The notes beneath the pieces are model-generated. The model searched no databases, had not been told where the DNA came from, and saw only the letters and a list, made by a program, of their open reading frames with translations. Below, in pieces: positions 28,942-38,624 of a DNA stretch of 64,000 nucleotides (position 1 is its first letter; each line of letters starts with the position of its first letter). Both the position numbers and the translations under genes were made by a program. Source of the DNA: an uncultured delta proteobacterium (GTDB taxonomy: Bacteria; Myxococcota; Myxococcia; Myxococcales; Myxococcaceae); NCBI GenBank assembly GCA_963796055.1, contig CAWCKH010000004.1, positions 2,592,001-2,656,000 on the forward strand, in the 5' to 3' direction.

Positions 28942-30219
28942 CTAGCGGGCGAAGACCGATTTCCCCGCCACCCAGGTCTGCCGGATCCGCGTCAGGGCCT
29001 GCACGTCTACTTCAGGGTTCCCGTCCACCAGGACCAGGTCCGCCGGGCCGCCCACGGCCAGGCTGCCGCGTGTCCCGTCCTTCATCCGCCTCGCCGGGGC
29101 CGAGGTCAGGGACACCAGGATGGCCCGCCAGTCCATCCCCGCGCCCGCCATCCGTCCCACCTCCTCGTCGGCGTCCTTCTCCGGGATGTAGCCGACGTCG
29201 GTGCCGAAGAGCACCTCACCGCCGGCAGCGGCGAACGCCCGGAGCTGCTCGGCGCCCGCCCGGACGAACCGCTCGCGGACCTCGTCGGGCGCCCCCGCGC
29301 GCTGCATCTCCACCCGCCAGAGGCTCAAGGTCGGCACGAGCCCCATCGCCTTCCCGCGGATGCGCGCAATCAGCTCGGGCGTCCACGGGCCGGCGTCGGG
29401 CGCGGTGTGGGCGAGCACGTCCACCCCGCCGTCGATCGAGGTCGCGACTCCTTCGGCCGACTGCGGATGGGCGAAGACCAACAGGCCATGGCGGTGGGCT
29501 TCGGTCGCGGCGCCCCGGACCACGTCCAGCGCCATCAGCCCGGTCTTCCCACCTCCCAGCCAGGTCCCCACGAAGAGCTTCACCCCGCGCGCCCCGAGCT
29601 GGACGCTCGTGCGGACGAATTCCGCCGCTTCCTCGGCAGTTCGGGGCTGCGCGAGCTGCGCCGCCCTCTCGTCGCCAAGCGCCTTCCGGACGTAGATGGG
29701 CACCTGGTCGACCGGGAACATCGAGATCCCGGTGGTGAGGATGCGCGGGCAGTCCAGGTGCGATGCCCGCTCCCGCAGGACGACGGTGTTCCCCGGATCC
29801 GAGCTCAGATCGATCACGGTGGTGAACCCGCGTGAAGTGAGCATCTCCGCGCACGCTCGACTCAGCGCCTCGGCGGGGCGAATGGCCGCGTTCGCGAAGC
29901 GCGGTTCGGTGAAGTGGACATGCACGTTCCAGAACCCCGGAAGCACCGTCCCGCCGTGACCGTCGACCCGGTGGGCTCCGGTGGGCACGCGGACCGACGT
30001 CGACCGGCCGAGCGCAGCCACTCGACCGTCCCGTATCACCACGGTCCCGTCCTCGATCGCCGCACCGGTCGCCGAGGGAAGGATCCGCGCGTGCTCGATC
30101 ACCCACGTCTCGCCGGCCCGGGCCTCCACCCCGAGCACCAGCGCCACGACACAGACAGCCTCACGCCACCCGCGACTCGCCGCGCGGCGGCTCCGCTGCT
30201 CGATCCCGGGACTCGGCAT
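28942..30219 (-). CDS. Amidohydrolase family protein
   Basis: VLPGFWNVHVH, LAH, FGTDVG, ADLVLVDGNP. Confidence 0.9.
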   Translation of the reverse strand: MPSPGIEQRSRRAASRGWREAVCVVALVLGVEARAGETWVIEHARILPSATGAAIEDGTVVIRDGRVAALGRSTSVRVPTGAHRVDGHGGTVLPGFWNVHVHFTEPRFANAAIRPAEALSRACAEMLTSRGFTTVIDLSSDPGNTVVLRERASHLDCPRILTTGISMFPVDQVPIYVRKALGDERAAQLAQPRTAEEAAEFVRTSVQLGARGVKLFVGTWLGGGKTGLMALDVVRGAATEAHRHGLLVFAHPQSAEGVATSIDGGVDVLAHTAPDAGPWTPELIARIRGKAMGLVPTLSLWRVEMQRAGAPDEVRERFVRAGAEQLRAFAAAGGEVLFGTDVGYIPEKDADEEVGRMAGAGMDWRAILVSLTSAPARRMKDGTRGSLAVGGPADLVLVDGNPEVDVQALTRIRQTWVAGKSVFAR

Positions 30220-31366
30220 ACGCGGCAGGCGCCTCCTGCGAGGTAGACCCGGTCAGCGCTGCGCCCACGATCCAGTGGATCGCCCGCTGGAAGGAGACGC
30301 TGTTGTACGTCCGGGCGAGGGCGTCCATGGCTCCCGACGAGATCATGTCCCGCAGCAGGTACCCAGCGGCAAACCCCAGCGTGAACCTCCGCCGCAGCGC
30401 GCGCAGGTACCCCCGCCACGCCACCCGCTCGGTCGCCTCGCCCCGGACCACCCGCGCCACCGCGTCCGCGCCGTAGATGCCCGACTGCATCGCCTGGCTG
30501 ATGCCCTCGCCCGTCCCGTGGTGCGTCAGCCGCGCCGCCTCGCCGATCAGCAGCGCCCCCGGCCGGGTCACGTTGGCGATCCAGGTGGTGTGCACGATGG
30601 GATGGCCCTTCCACTCGCCGACCTGCTTCGCGGTCGACAGCAGATCTGCATAGTGCCGGTCCAGGAACCGCTGGAAAAGCGCCCGCAGATCGTGCGGCAC
30701 CTTCCGCCCGTATTCGTCCTGGGCGTCGATGCAGATGCCGATGTTCACCCGCGTCGGCGTCTCCGGAAACAACCAGCCGTAGAGCGGCGACAGCTCCCGG
30801 TCGAAAACCATGTCCAGCCGCCCAGGCTCGAAGTTCGGCCCTTCCCACCAGCCCATCAGCGCGTCGATGTGCCGGCGCTCCCGGTCGTCTCGCGAGAACA
30901 GGCTGTGGGCCCCGTCCGCGAACAGCGTCCACCCTGCGCGGATCTCGCTCCCGTCCAGCCCTCGCACACCGACCACCCGACAGCCCTCCTCCAGCGCCTC
31001 CGTCACCCGGAACCCGCCGCGGAACCGCACCCCCAGCGATTTCGCCCGCTCCACCAGGAGGTTGTCGAACTCCTTGCGGAGGAGAATCACCGCCGCCGAG
31101 TTCGCCGGGACCCGCAGCTCCTCTCCGGACGGGGTCACGAAGCGCACCGTCAATACTGGATTGGCCCGCTTTCGAAGCTCCGGTCCGATGCCCAGCGCCT
31201 CGGCCAGGTGCAGCGCGCTCGGCGACAGCCCCGAGCCGCAGGTCTTGTTGCGCGGGAACTGGTCCCGGTCCACCAGCAGCACGTCCTTGATTCCCAGCTG
31301 GCCCAGCTGCACCGCCGCCGCGGCGCCCGAAGGACCCGCACCCACGATGAGGATCTCGGTCTCCAT
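30161..31366 (-). CDS. Geranylgeranyl-reductase-family FAD oxidoreductase
   Basis: IVGAGPSG, RNKTCGSG, ADGAHS, YGWLFP, GEGISQAMQSG. Confidence 0.9.
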   Translation of the reverse strand: METEILIVGAGPSGAAAAVQLGQLGIKDVLLVDRDQFPRNKTCGSGLSPSALHLAEALGIGPELRKRANPVLTVRFVTPSGEELRVPANSAAVILLRKEFDNLLVERAKSLGVRFRGGFRVTEALEEGCRVVGVRGLDGSEIRAGWTLFADGAHSLFSRDDRERRHIDALMGWWEGPNFEPGRLDMVFDRELSPLYGWLFPETPTRVNIGICIDAQDEYGRKVPHDLRALFQRFLDRHYADLLSTAKQVGEWKGHPIVHTTWIANVTRPGALLIGEAARLTHHGTGEGISQAMQSGIYGADAVARVVRGEATERVAWRGYLRALRRRFTLGFAAGYLLRDMISSGAMDALARTYNSVSFQRAIHWIVGAALTGSTSQEAPAAYAESRDRAAEPPRGESRVA

Positions 31367-31472
31367 TGTTGGACCCACCCCAGGTAGCGAGATGTGGTCG
31401 CCTGCTCAAGCGTCTCTGCATGGGCCCGCAACCTGTCCAACGGATGTCCGTCGTCTATGCTGCGGGAACACC

Positions 31473-33023
31473 GTGCCCCAGACCGCCGAGCGTCCCGTCC
31501 AGTCACCTCGCCGCCCCCGGTTCGTCGGCGAGCTGGACACGCTCATCCGCGCCCGGTACCCGCTGGTCTACCTCGTCTCCTCCGAGGAGGCGCGGGTCGA
31601 CGAGCTGCTCCGCGGCATCGCCACCGGCCACGGCAAGTCACTCATCGGATGGTCGGCCGTCCGCGGGCTCCACCGCCTCGACGAGACCCGGGGCGTCGCG
31701 CTCCCCGACCAGACCGAGGAGCCATTCGCCGCGCTCCAGGCCCTCCGCGGGCTTCAAGAGCCAGCGCTGGTCGTCCTCAAGGACCTCCACGCCTGGCTCG
31801 ATGACCGCCGCCTCGTCCGTTCGCTTCGCGAGCTCGGCCAGTCGCTGAAGAGCAGCTACACCACCGTCATCGTCCTCGCCCCGGTGCTCCAGCTCCCCAT
31901 CGAGCTGGAGAAGGAGATCGCGGTCCTCGACGTCCCCCTGCCCACCTTCACCGAGCTGGCCGACCTGCTCCGGGACATCGTGGGCGTGCTCCGCAAGGCC
32001 GGCCGCGTCGCCGTGGACCTCAAGCGCGAGGAGGGCGAGCAGCTGATCAAGGCGGCCCTGGGACTCACCTTGCAGGAGGCCGAGAACGCCTTCGCCAAGG
32101 CCATCGCCGACGACGACCGGCTCGACGCCAGCGACATCCAGCGGGTGATGGACGAGAAGCGGCAGGTCATCCGCAAGAGCGGGCTCCTCGAGTACTACCC
32201 GGTGGACCAGTCACTGGCCGCGGTGGGCGGGCTACAGAGCCTCAAGGACTGGCTGCACCGCCGCGCCCGCGCCTTCACCGCCGAGGCCCACGCCTTCGGG
32301 CTTCCCGAGCCGAAGGGCCTCCTCCTCCTCGGCGTCCAGGGCTGCGGGAAGAGCCTCACCGCCAAGGCCATCGCCTCCCAGTGGGCGCTCCCGCTGCTCC
32401 GGCTGGACATGGGCCGGGTGTTCAGCGGCCTGGTGGGCTCGAGCGAGGAGAACCTCCGCCGCGCCATCCGGGTCGCGGAGAGCGCCGCGCCGGCGGTGTT
32501 GTGGCTGGACGAGATCGACAAGGCGCTCTCCGGCTCGGGGTCGTCGAACGTCAGCGACGGAGGCACCACCGCCCGGGTGCTGGGCACCTTCCTCACCTGG
32601 CTCCAGGAGAAGACCGCGCCGGTCTTCGTCGTCGCCACCGCCAACCGCGTCGAGGGGCTGCCGCCGGAGCTGCTCCGCAAGGGACGCTTCGACGAGATCT
32701 TCTTCATCGACCTGCCCGACGCCACCGAGCGGCAGGAGATCCTCCGCATCCACCTCGCGCGACGCGGCCGCGCCCCCGAGTCATTCGACCTCGCCGGGCT
32801 CGCGGCCCACGCCGAGCAGTTCAGCGGCGCCGAGCTGGAGCAGGCGGTGGTCGAGGGCCTTCACGCTGCGTTTCACGCCCGCACCCAGCTGGGCGACGTC
32901 CACCTCGCCCAGGCCATCTCCGAGACCGTCCCGCTGGCAGTCACCTTGCGCGAGGAGATCTCGCGGATCCGCGACTGGGCCCGTGACCGGACCCGACCCG
33001 CCTCCCGCGCGGTGGCCCGGTGA
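31473..33023 (+). CDS. Ycf46-like AAA+ ATPase
   Basis: [11 protein letters not shown]; Walker A GVQGCGKS; Walker [20 protein letters not shown]. Confidence 0.92.
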   Translation: MPQTAERPVQSPRRPRFVGELDTLIRARYPLVYLVSSEEARVDELLRGIATGHGKSLIGWSAVRGLHRLDETRGVALPDQTEEPFAALQALRGLQEPALVVLKDLHAWLDDRRLVRSLRELGQSLKSSYTTVIVLAPVLQLPIELEKEIAVLDVPLPTFTELADLLRDIVGVLRKAGRVAVDLKREEGEQLIKAALGLTLQEAENAFAKAIADDDRLDASDIQRVMDEKRQVIRKSGLLEYYPVDQSLAAVGGLQSLKDWLHRRARAFTAEAHAFGLPEPKGLLLLGVQGCGKSLTAKAIASQWALPLLRLDMGRVFSGLVGSSEENLRRAIRVAESAAPAVLWLDEIDKALSGSGSSNVSDGGTTARVLGTFLTWLQEKTAPVFVVATANRVEGLPPELLRKGRFDEIFFIDLPDATERQEILRIHLARRGRAPESFDLAGLAAHAEQFSGAELEQAVVEGLHAAFHARTQLGDVHLAQAISETVPLAVTLREEISRIRDWARDRTRPASRAVAR

Positions 33024-33676
33024 AGTTCCTCACCCGGTTCCAGCGCCTCGAGCGCTCACGCGCCCGGGACGGCGCGCCCCGCCCCTCCACCGGAGACCGC
33101 TTCCAGGCCATCGAGCCGACCGCGCCGCTGCCCGACGTCCAGCCGGCAGGGCTGGAGCGATTCGCCCCACCGGTCGAGGCCCCGCTCGAGCTTCGGCCCC
33201 GCTCGGACGCGCAGCCCTTCGTCCGTTGCCCGGTCTGCAAGGTGGACTCCCCGCTCGGTTCCCGGCGCTGCCCGTGCGGAGCCGCGCTGGACACGCTGGA
33301 GGCGGTGGCGTTCAACACCGCGCTCTGGGACGCGCACCGTGCGGAGCTCGCCGGGCACGAGGCGGAGCGGAAGCGCACGCGAGAAGAGGAGCTCGAGGCA
33401 GCGCGGAAGCTCCAGCAGCAGCAGCGGGCCCTCGGCGAGGCCCTCGCCCGGGAGGTCGCCGCCCGCGAGGGAATTGCCTGGTCAGGGGTCCCGTCCAGGT
33501 TCGCCGGGGCGCTCCTCCTCCTGGGCCTCCTCGCCGTGGTGCTGCTCCCGCGCGGACCGTTCGCCCGCGGCCTCTTCGCCTTCTTCCTCGGGGCGGTCTG
33601 CGTCCGGGCGGTGGTGGCCTGGGCTCGCTCTCGTTCCGTCAGTGACCCGGGGGACCAGACCACCGTCGACCGCTGA
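33020..33676 (+). CDS. Zn-ribbon/coiled-coil membrane protein
   Basis: CPVC...CPC, coiled coil, two C-terminal TMs; GTGA overlap with the ATPase. Confidence 0.75.
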   Translation: MKFLTRFQRLERSRARDGAPRPSTGDRFQAIEPTAPLPDVQPAGLERFAPPVEAPLELRPRSDAQPFVRCPVCKVDSPLGSRRCPCGAALDTLEAVAFNTALWDAHRAELAGHEAERKRTREEELEAARKLQQQQRALGEALAREVAAREGIAWSGVPSRFAGALLLLGLLAVVLLPRGPFARGLFAFFLGAVCVRAVVAWARSRSVSDPGDQTTVDR

Positions 33677-33731
33677 GCAGGCATGGCCCCCCGCCCTCCT
33701 GCCGTTCCGGCGGGCAAGTTACAACCGCGGA

Positions 33732-33965
33732 ATGCTTGGCTTCCTGAGGCGCCGATCGGCGCGCGACGAGGAGAAGGAGGGCACCACCTGCCAGTGGTGC
33801 CGGACCATCATTCCCGCGACGACGAGCGAGGAGCTGTTCCTCGCCGGAGCCGTGCTCGATCCCGTCGCCGGATGGTTCTGCTCGACCCCGTGCGCGCAGC
33901 AGTACAGGGTGCGCTTCCGGGTCCAACCTTCCCGCACGCCCTCCGGCGGCTCGCGGGCGCGCTAG
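33732..33965 (+). CDS. Small Cys-rich protein (TRASH/treble-clef-like)
   Basis: CQWC...FCSTPC. Confidence 0.6.
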   Translation: MLGFLRRRSARDEEKEGTTCQWCRTIIPATTSEELFLAGAVLDPVAGWFCSTPCAQQYRVRFRVQPSRTPSGGSRAR

Positions 33966-33972
33966 ACGCGCG

Positions 33973-35085
33973 TCAGTGCAGCGCTGCGGCGGTCGCGTCG
34001 GTCGGTGGGTTTCGCTCCGCCGCGGGCGGCTCCTCCGTGGGTGGCGTCTTGTGCAGCCGGCCCTCGATCCAGAGAGTGGTCACGGTGATCTGGATCACCG
34101 TCAGCAGCGGAGTCGCAACGATCAGCCCCAGAAGCCCGAACAGCGCCCCCATGATCGCCTGGAAGAACAGCAGCAGCGCGGGGTTCGCCTCCACCGCGCG
34201 CCGCATCACGTAAGGCTGCACCAGGTAGCCCTCGATGACGTGCACCCCGACGTAGACCCCCAGCGCCAGCAGGAAATGGTGCGGTGACTGCGAGAGCCCG
34301 ATGAGGAGTCCCGGCACCGAGCTCGACACCGCGCCCACGTAGGGAACGAACGTCCCGAAGAAGGTCAACAGCCCGAGCAGCGCCCAGCCCTCGATCCCGG
34401 CGAAGAACAGGCCCACGGCCGTCACCGAGCCCATCAGGACCATCGCCACCGCCGTCCCCCCCACCCATCCGCGGAGCCCCCGCCCGAGCCGTGTCCAGAG
34501 CTCCTCGAAGGCAGGCTCGAAGCTGCGGGGGAGCATCGAGCGGATCCCCCGTTCGTAGAGCGACGGGCAGTAGACGAGGAAGGCCGCGAGGACGACCAGG
34601 AGGACGAAGGTGGAGATCAGCTCCACCAGATGGCCCGCCGCCATCGGGGTGAGCGTCGCCACCGTCTCCACCGCCCGCGGCACCTTCTCCTTCACCATCC
34701 CGGCCACGTCCTTGCCGTTGGTGAGCTGGCGCACGGTCTTGTCCCGCTGCGCCCGACGGAGCCACGCCTCCGCCTTCCGCGTCGCGTCTGGGAGGCCGTC
34801 CAGCAGCTGCTTGCCCTGTTCGACCACCACCGGCGCGGCGAGCGCCACCATTCCGCCCACCAAGCCAAGAGCAAGCAGCACGGTGAGCACCACCGCCAGC
34901 GCCCGGGGCATCACCCGGGAGAGCCAGGCCACCGGGAAGGAGAACATCGCGGCAAGGAGGATCGCCAGGAGGCCGAGCAGGAGGACGTTCTGGGCCTTCA
35001 CCAGCCCGGACCAGATCGCCCAGACGGCCATCAGCGACAGCGCCAGCGCGAGCGGGCGTTTCCACAGCCGCAGGCCGCGGGTCAT
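33973..35085 (-). CDS. AI-2E family transporter
   Basis: Multi-TM; FVPYVGA, IEGYLVQPYVM, FGLLGLIVATP. Confidence 0.9.
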   Translation of the reverse strand: MTRGLRLWKRPLALALSLMAVWAIWSGLVKAQNVLLLGLLAILLAAMFSFPVAWLSRVMPRALAVVLTVLLALGLVGGMVALAAPVVVEQGKQLLDGLPDATRKAEAWLRRAQRDKTVRQLTNGKDVAGMVKEKVPRAVETVATLTPMAAGHLVELISTFVLLVVLAAFLVYCPSLYERGIRSMLPRSFEPAFEELWTRLGRGLRGWVGGTAVAMVLMGSVTAVGLFFAGIEGWALLGLLTFFGTFVPYVGAVSSSVPGLLIGLSQSPHHFLLALGVYVGVHVIEGYLVQPYVMRRAVEANPALLLFFQAIMGALFGLLGLIVATPLLTVIQITVTTLWIEGRLHKTPPTEEPPAAERNPPTDATAAALH

Positions 35086-35227
35086 CGCTTCTCGGCGATC
35101 GGCTTGTCGAGCATGGTGCTGAGGTGCGCCTTGACGCGCCGGTCGGCAAGCGCCCTGTCGTCCGGAAGACAGGGCGGCGTGGCCCGCGGTCCCGCGAGCA
35201 GCACGGAGCGGGGAGCGGACCGCACAG

Positions 35228-36715
35228 CTACTGGTGCACGGGGAGGCCCGCCGCGCCCGGGTTGAACGCCAGCCCGCCGAAGGTGACCTGGGTCAAGGAG
35301 TTGAGCTGCACGGTGCCGTCCCCGCCCGACACCTGGACCAGGTTTCCGCTGGGGTTGGTCTGGTTGCCGGCCGAGACCACCCACAGGTTGCCCAGCTTGT
35401 CGACGGCCATCCCTCCCGGACAGGCGAAGTCTGGCAGTGCGAGCGCACTCTCCAGCGTCGGGCTGATCTGCTGGATGAAGTTCCCGCTGCAGCTGCTCAC
35501 CCACACCTTGGGCGGGTTGCTCGCGTCCACGACCACGCCGTAGGCGTCGGCCACTGATGCGCCCACTCCGTTCTCGGCGGTGCCGCCACCGGCCGGGAAG
35601 CGGAAGACGTGGCCGTTCGCCCCGGCCTGCTTCTGGGTCACCCACAGCTTCCCGGTGTCCCCGCCGTCGAAGCTGATGCCCCAGGGACAGGTCACGCTGG
35701 TGATGATCGGGGAAGGCGTGGGGTTGGCGTTGCTGCGCGAGAAGGTCGAGACCGAGTTCCCGCTGCAGCTCGCCACGGCGATGGTGTCGCCCCGGATGGC
35801 GATGCCGGTGGCGTCATTCAGGGCGACGGTCCGCGCCGCGGTGCTGCCGTCGCTGGCCAGCGTGTCCGGGGTGAACATCCGCACCCCGTCGGAGAAGGTG
35901 GCCCAGAGGTTCCCGTCGGCGTCGAAGGCGACGGCGCGTGCCCCCCCGACGCTCAGCCCGTTCTCGCTCGCGCGGTCCACCAGCAGCTGGTTCTCGGTGT
36001 AGCTGCGGATTGCACCATCGGCCGGCAGCCAGAGCCGCCCCAGCCCACCGCGGAGGGCGAAGGTCACGGTGACGATCGTCTCCTGGTTGGGCCGCACCGG
36101 GACCTGGACCGAGCGAGCCGGGGTGCCCCCGTCGAACACCACCGTCCCGTCCCAGATCCCGTCCACGATGGTGCCCGGGACGGCGATGCCCGCGTCGGCG
36201 GTGATGAGGTAGGTGCCCGCGTCGATGATCTTGCTGTGAAGCTTCGTGGGGCCGCTGGCGACAAAGGTCACCGTGTTTCCCGCGGTGGGGTCGGTGATGG
36301 CCACCGAGCCGACCGCCCCTCCGGGGTCGATGCCCATGGCGATGCGGCCGTGCGTCGACGGCAACACTTGTATTGCGGCAGTGGCGGGCTGGGTCGTTCC
36401 TGCCACGGTGGCCGTGGCGGTGATGACCACGTTCCCGCCTCCGGTCCCGAGATCGAACGGGGCGAAGGTCACCGTCGACCCGCTGCTCGGGCCGAGCACC
36501 CCCGCGTCGCCGCTGAGCACGGCCCAGGCGACGCTCCCGGTCAGGTCGCCGTTCTGGGGCACGGCCTGGAGGGTGATCCGGTCCGCGCCCGTCTCCACGC
36601 TCACCGTCGCCGGGGAGATGGTGAGCTTCGGGCCGACGTTCTGGATGGGCCCCTCGTCGGTGCAGGCGATGGCGAGGGCAACGGGGGCAAGGAACACCAC
36701 GAGCGGGATGCGCAT
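35228..36715 (-). CDS. Lipoprotein with Ig-like N-terminus and beta-propeller C-terminus
   Basis: Lipobox LAIAC; AFDADGNLW and AVDKLGNLW repeats. Confidence 0.8.
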   Translation of the reverse strand: MRIPLVVFLAPVALAIACTDEGPIQNVGPKLTISPATVSVETGADRITLQAVPQNGDLTGSVAWAVLSGDAGVLGPSSGSTVTFAPFDLGTGGGNVVITATATVAGTTQPATAAIQVLPSTHGRIAMGIDPGGAVGSVAITDPTAGNTVTFVASGPTKLHSKIIDAGTYLITADAGIAVPGTIVDGIWDGTVVFDGGTPARSVQVPVRPNQETIVTVTFALRGGLGRLWLPADGAIRSYTENQLLVDRASENGLSVGGARAVAFDADGNLWATFSDGVRMFTPDTLASDGSTAARTVALNDATGIAIRGDTIAVASCSGNSVSTFSRSNANPTPSPIITSVTCPWGISFDGGDTGKLWVTQKQAGANGHVFRFPAGGGTAENGVGASVADAYGVVVDASNPPKVWVSSCSGNFIQQISPTLESALALPDFACPGGMAVDKLGNLWVVSAGNQTNPSGNLVQVSGGDGTVQLNSLTQVTFGGLAFNPGAAGLPVHQ

Positions 36716-36767
36716 TCGGTCTCTCGTTCGGGGGGAGACCCGACGACACCGCCTTTCGGCACCCGCG

Positions 36768-37928
36768 TCAACGTTTGGGCACGGGTGCGCCGCTTCCCAC
36801 ACGGAACCGGGCGCCGAACGCGGGCGCGAGCACCGACACCATGCCGGCGACGGCCCGTGGCCAACCGTGCGCGGCGACCAGGTGGGCGCGTCCGGCCTGT
36901 CCGAGCGAGGCAGCGAGCTCCGGTGTCTCGAGCAGCCGCTGGATGGCCATGGCCAGCGCCGCCGGCGACGCAGGCGGCACCAGGAGGCCGGTCACCCCGT
37001 CGCGCACCAGCTCCGGGATGGCACCGACCCGCGTCGCCACCACTGGCCGCCCGCGCGCCAGCGGTTCGGCAGCAGCGAGACAGAAGGCCTCCTCCCAGCG
37101 CGACGGCACGACGCACACGTCGGCGGCGGCGACGCACTCGGCGGCATCCGGGCGCGGTCCGGCGAGTCGAACCCGCGCACCCGTCCGGAGCCGTCCCCGC
37201 AGCGCCTCGAGCCGTGGCCGCTCCGGTCCGTCACCGAAGACGAGCACGTCCACGTCGCCGGGCAACGCGTCCGCCGCCTCGAGGAGATCGACGAACCCCT
37301 TCTCCTCCGTGAGGCGCCCCGCGGCGGCGACCAGTCGCCGTCCGGGCAACAGGCCGAGCCTCGCGCGCACCTCGCCCCGCGGCCGCAGCGCCTCGGGAAT
37401 CGACACCGGATTCGGCACCAGGTGGATGCGGGAGGAAGGAACGCCGCCCGCGGTGCGCTGGCGGCCGGCGACGTACGCGCTCACTGCCACCACCGCATCC
37501 GCCGCCGCCCACGGCAGCCGCGTCGCGAGCCGCTTGGCCTGGCCGCCCACCCCCCGCCGCACCTGCCGGGCGCCGGAGCTGTGATCGTGCACCACCACCC
37601 GGCGCACCCCGGCAGCGTGCAGCAGGGCGTATGCCGGCGAGACCACGGGACGGTCGATGAGCCACACCGCGCGCACGTGCTCCCGCCGGACGAGGTCCAC
37701 CGCGGCGCGGACCGACCGGGCCGTGGCGAGCGACAGTTCGAGGCCCACCGGCTCGGCCGCGCTCCCGACCAGCGCCTCGGGGCGGGTGTCGAGGACCGGG
37801 TAGGCGACGCGGGTGCGGATGCCGGCCGGGGCAAGCGCGTTGGCCACCTCGGCGAACATCCGGCCGATGAAGGTCCACGCGTACCCGGTGCTGGCCGGGA
37901 AGTTCGCGACGCAGAGGAGGCTGTCCAC
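36768..37928 (-). CDS. GT4 family glycosyltransferase
   Basis: GRLTEEKG, PSRWEEAFCLAAAE, VGAIPELV. Confidence 0.92.
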   Translation of the reverse strand: MDSLLCVANFPASTGYAWTFIGRMFAEVANALAPAGIRTRVAYPVLDTRPEALVGSAAEPVGLELSLATARSVRAAVDLVRREHVRAVWLIDRPVVSPAYALLHAAGVRRVVVHDHSSGARQVRRGVGGQAKRLATRLPWAAADAVVAVSAYVAGRQRTAGGVPSSRIHLVPNPVSIPEALRPRGEVRARLGLLPGRRLVAAAGRLTEEKGFVDLLEAADALPGDVDVLVFGDGPERPRLEALRGRLRTGARVRLAGPRPDAAECVAAADVCVVPSRWEEAFCLAAAEPLARGRPVVATRVGAIPELVRDGVTGLLVPPASPAALAMAIQRLLETPELAASLGQAGRAHLVAAHGWPRAVAGMVSVLAPAFGARFRVGSGAPVPKR

Positions 37929-38075
37929 GGGTGCACCAACCTAGGGAGCACCCAGCGTCCGTGCCGGGGCACGGTCCGCCGGCTGACAGCCCGTGCTCCG
38001 GGGGCCTTGCCGCACGGCCCGGCCGACCTAGCTTGGCGCAGCGTGACGGGCGTGCTGACGGTCTGGTCGAGGGGC

Positions 38076-38624
38076 ATGGCACAGCAGCATGGACGGAAGC
38101 AGGCCTGGGTCCGTCATCAGGCGACGTCCTGGCTGCACCGGCTCGGCCTCTACTCCGACCTCCGGATCTTCGATGCCAGCCGCGTGCTCCGCCTGGTGTT
38201 CGTCTGTGCCGGGAACGTGTGCCGGAGCCGGTACGCCGAGGCGCGCGCCAGGGCGCTGGGGTTCGAGTCCGGCTCGTTCGGGCTGAGCGCGGATGGGCGG
38301 TCGCCGCCAGATGCCGCGGCGGTACGCGCCGCCCGGCGCCGGGGGATCGAGCTGCTCCCGCGCGCCTCGCGCCAGGCGAAGGACGTCCGACCGACCGCGG
38401 GCGACCTCCTGGTGGCGATGGAGCCGCACCAGGCCCGGGCGCTGAAGCGGGCGCATCCGCGGGCCCAGGTCGCCCTGCTCGGCCTCTGGTGCCGCTCCCC
38501 GCGCCCGGTGCTCGCCGATCCCTACGGCCTCCCGGACGCGTACTTCGACACCTGCTTCGGCTGCATCGACGAGGCGGTGGAAGCGCTGATCCAGACCGTG
38601 GAGCTCGGGCGTGCGGAGGGTTGA
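38076..38624 (+). CDS. Low-molecular-weight protein tyrosine phosphatase-like
   Basis: VFVCAGNVCRS P-loop; ADPYG. Confidence 0.88.
   Translation: MAQQHGRKQAWVRHQATSWLHRLGLYSDLRIFDASRVLRLVFVCAGNVCRSRYAEARARALGFESGSFGLSADGRSPPDAAAVRAARRRGIELLPRASRQAKDVRPTAGDLLVAMEPHQARALKRAHPRAQVALLGLWCRSPRPVLADPYGLPDAYFDTCFGCIDEAVEALIQTVELGRAEG

Noticed and set aside
36246..38624. 792-aa ORF ending in a phosphatase
   Set aside because: Only the last 182 aa are the LMW-PTP; the rest is antisense to the GT4 and lipoprotein genes.
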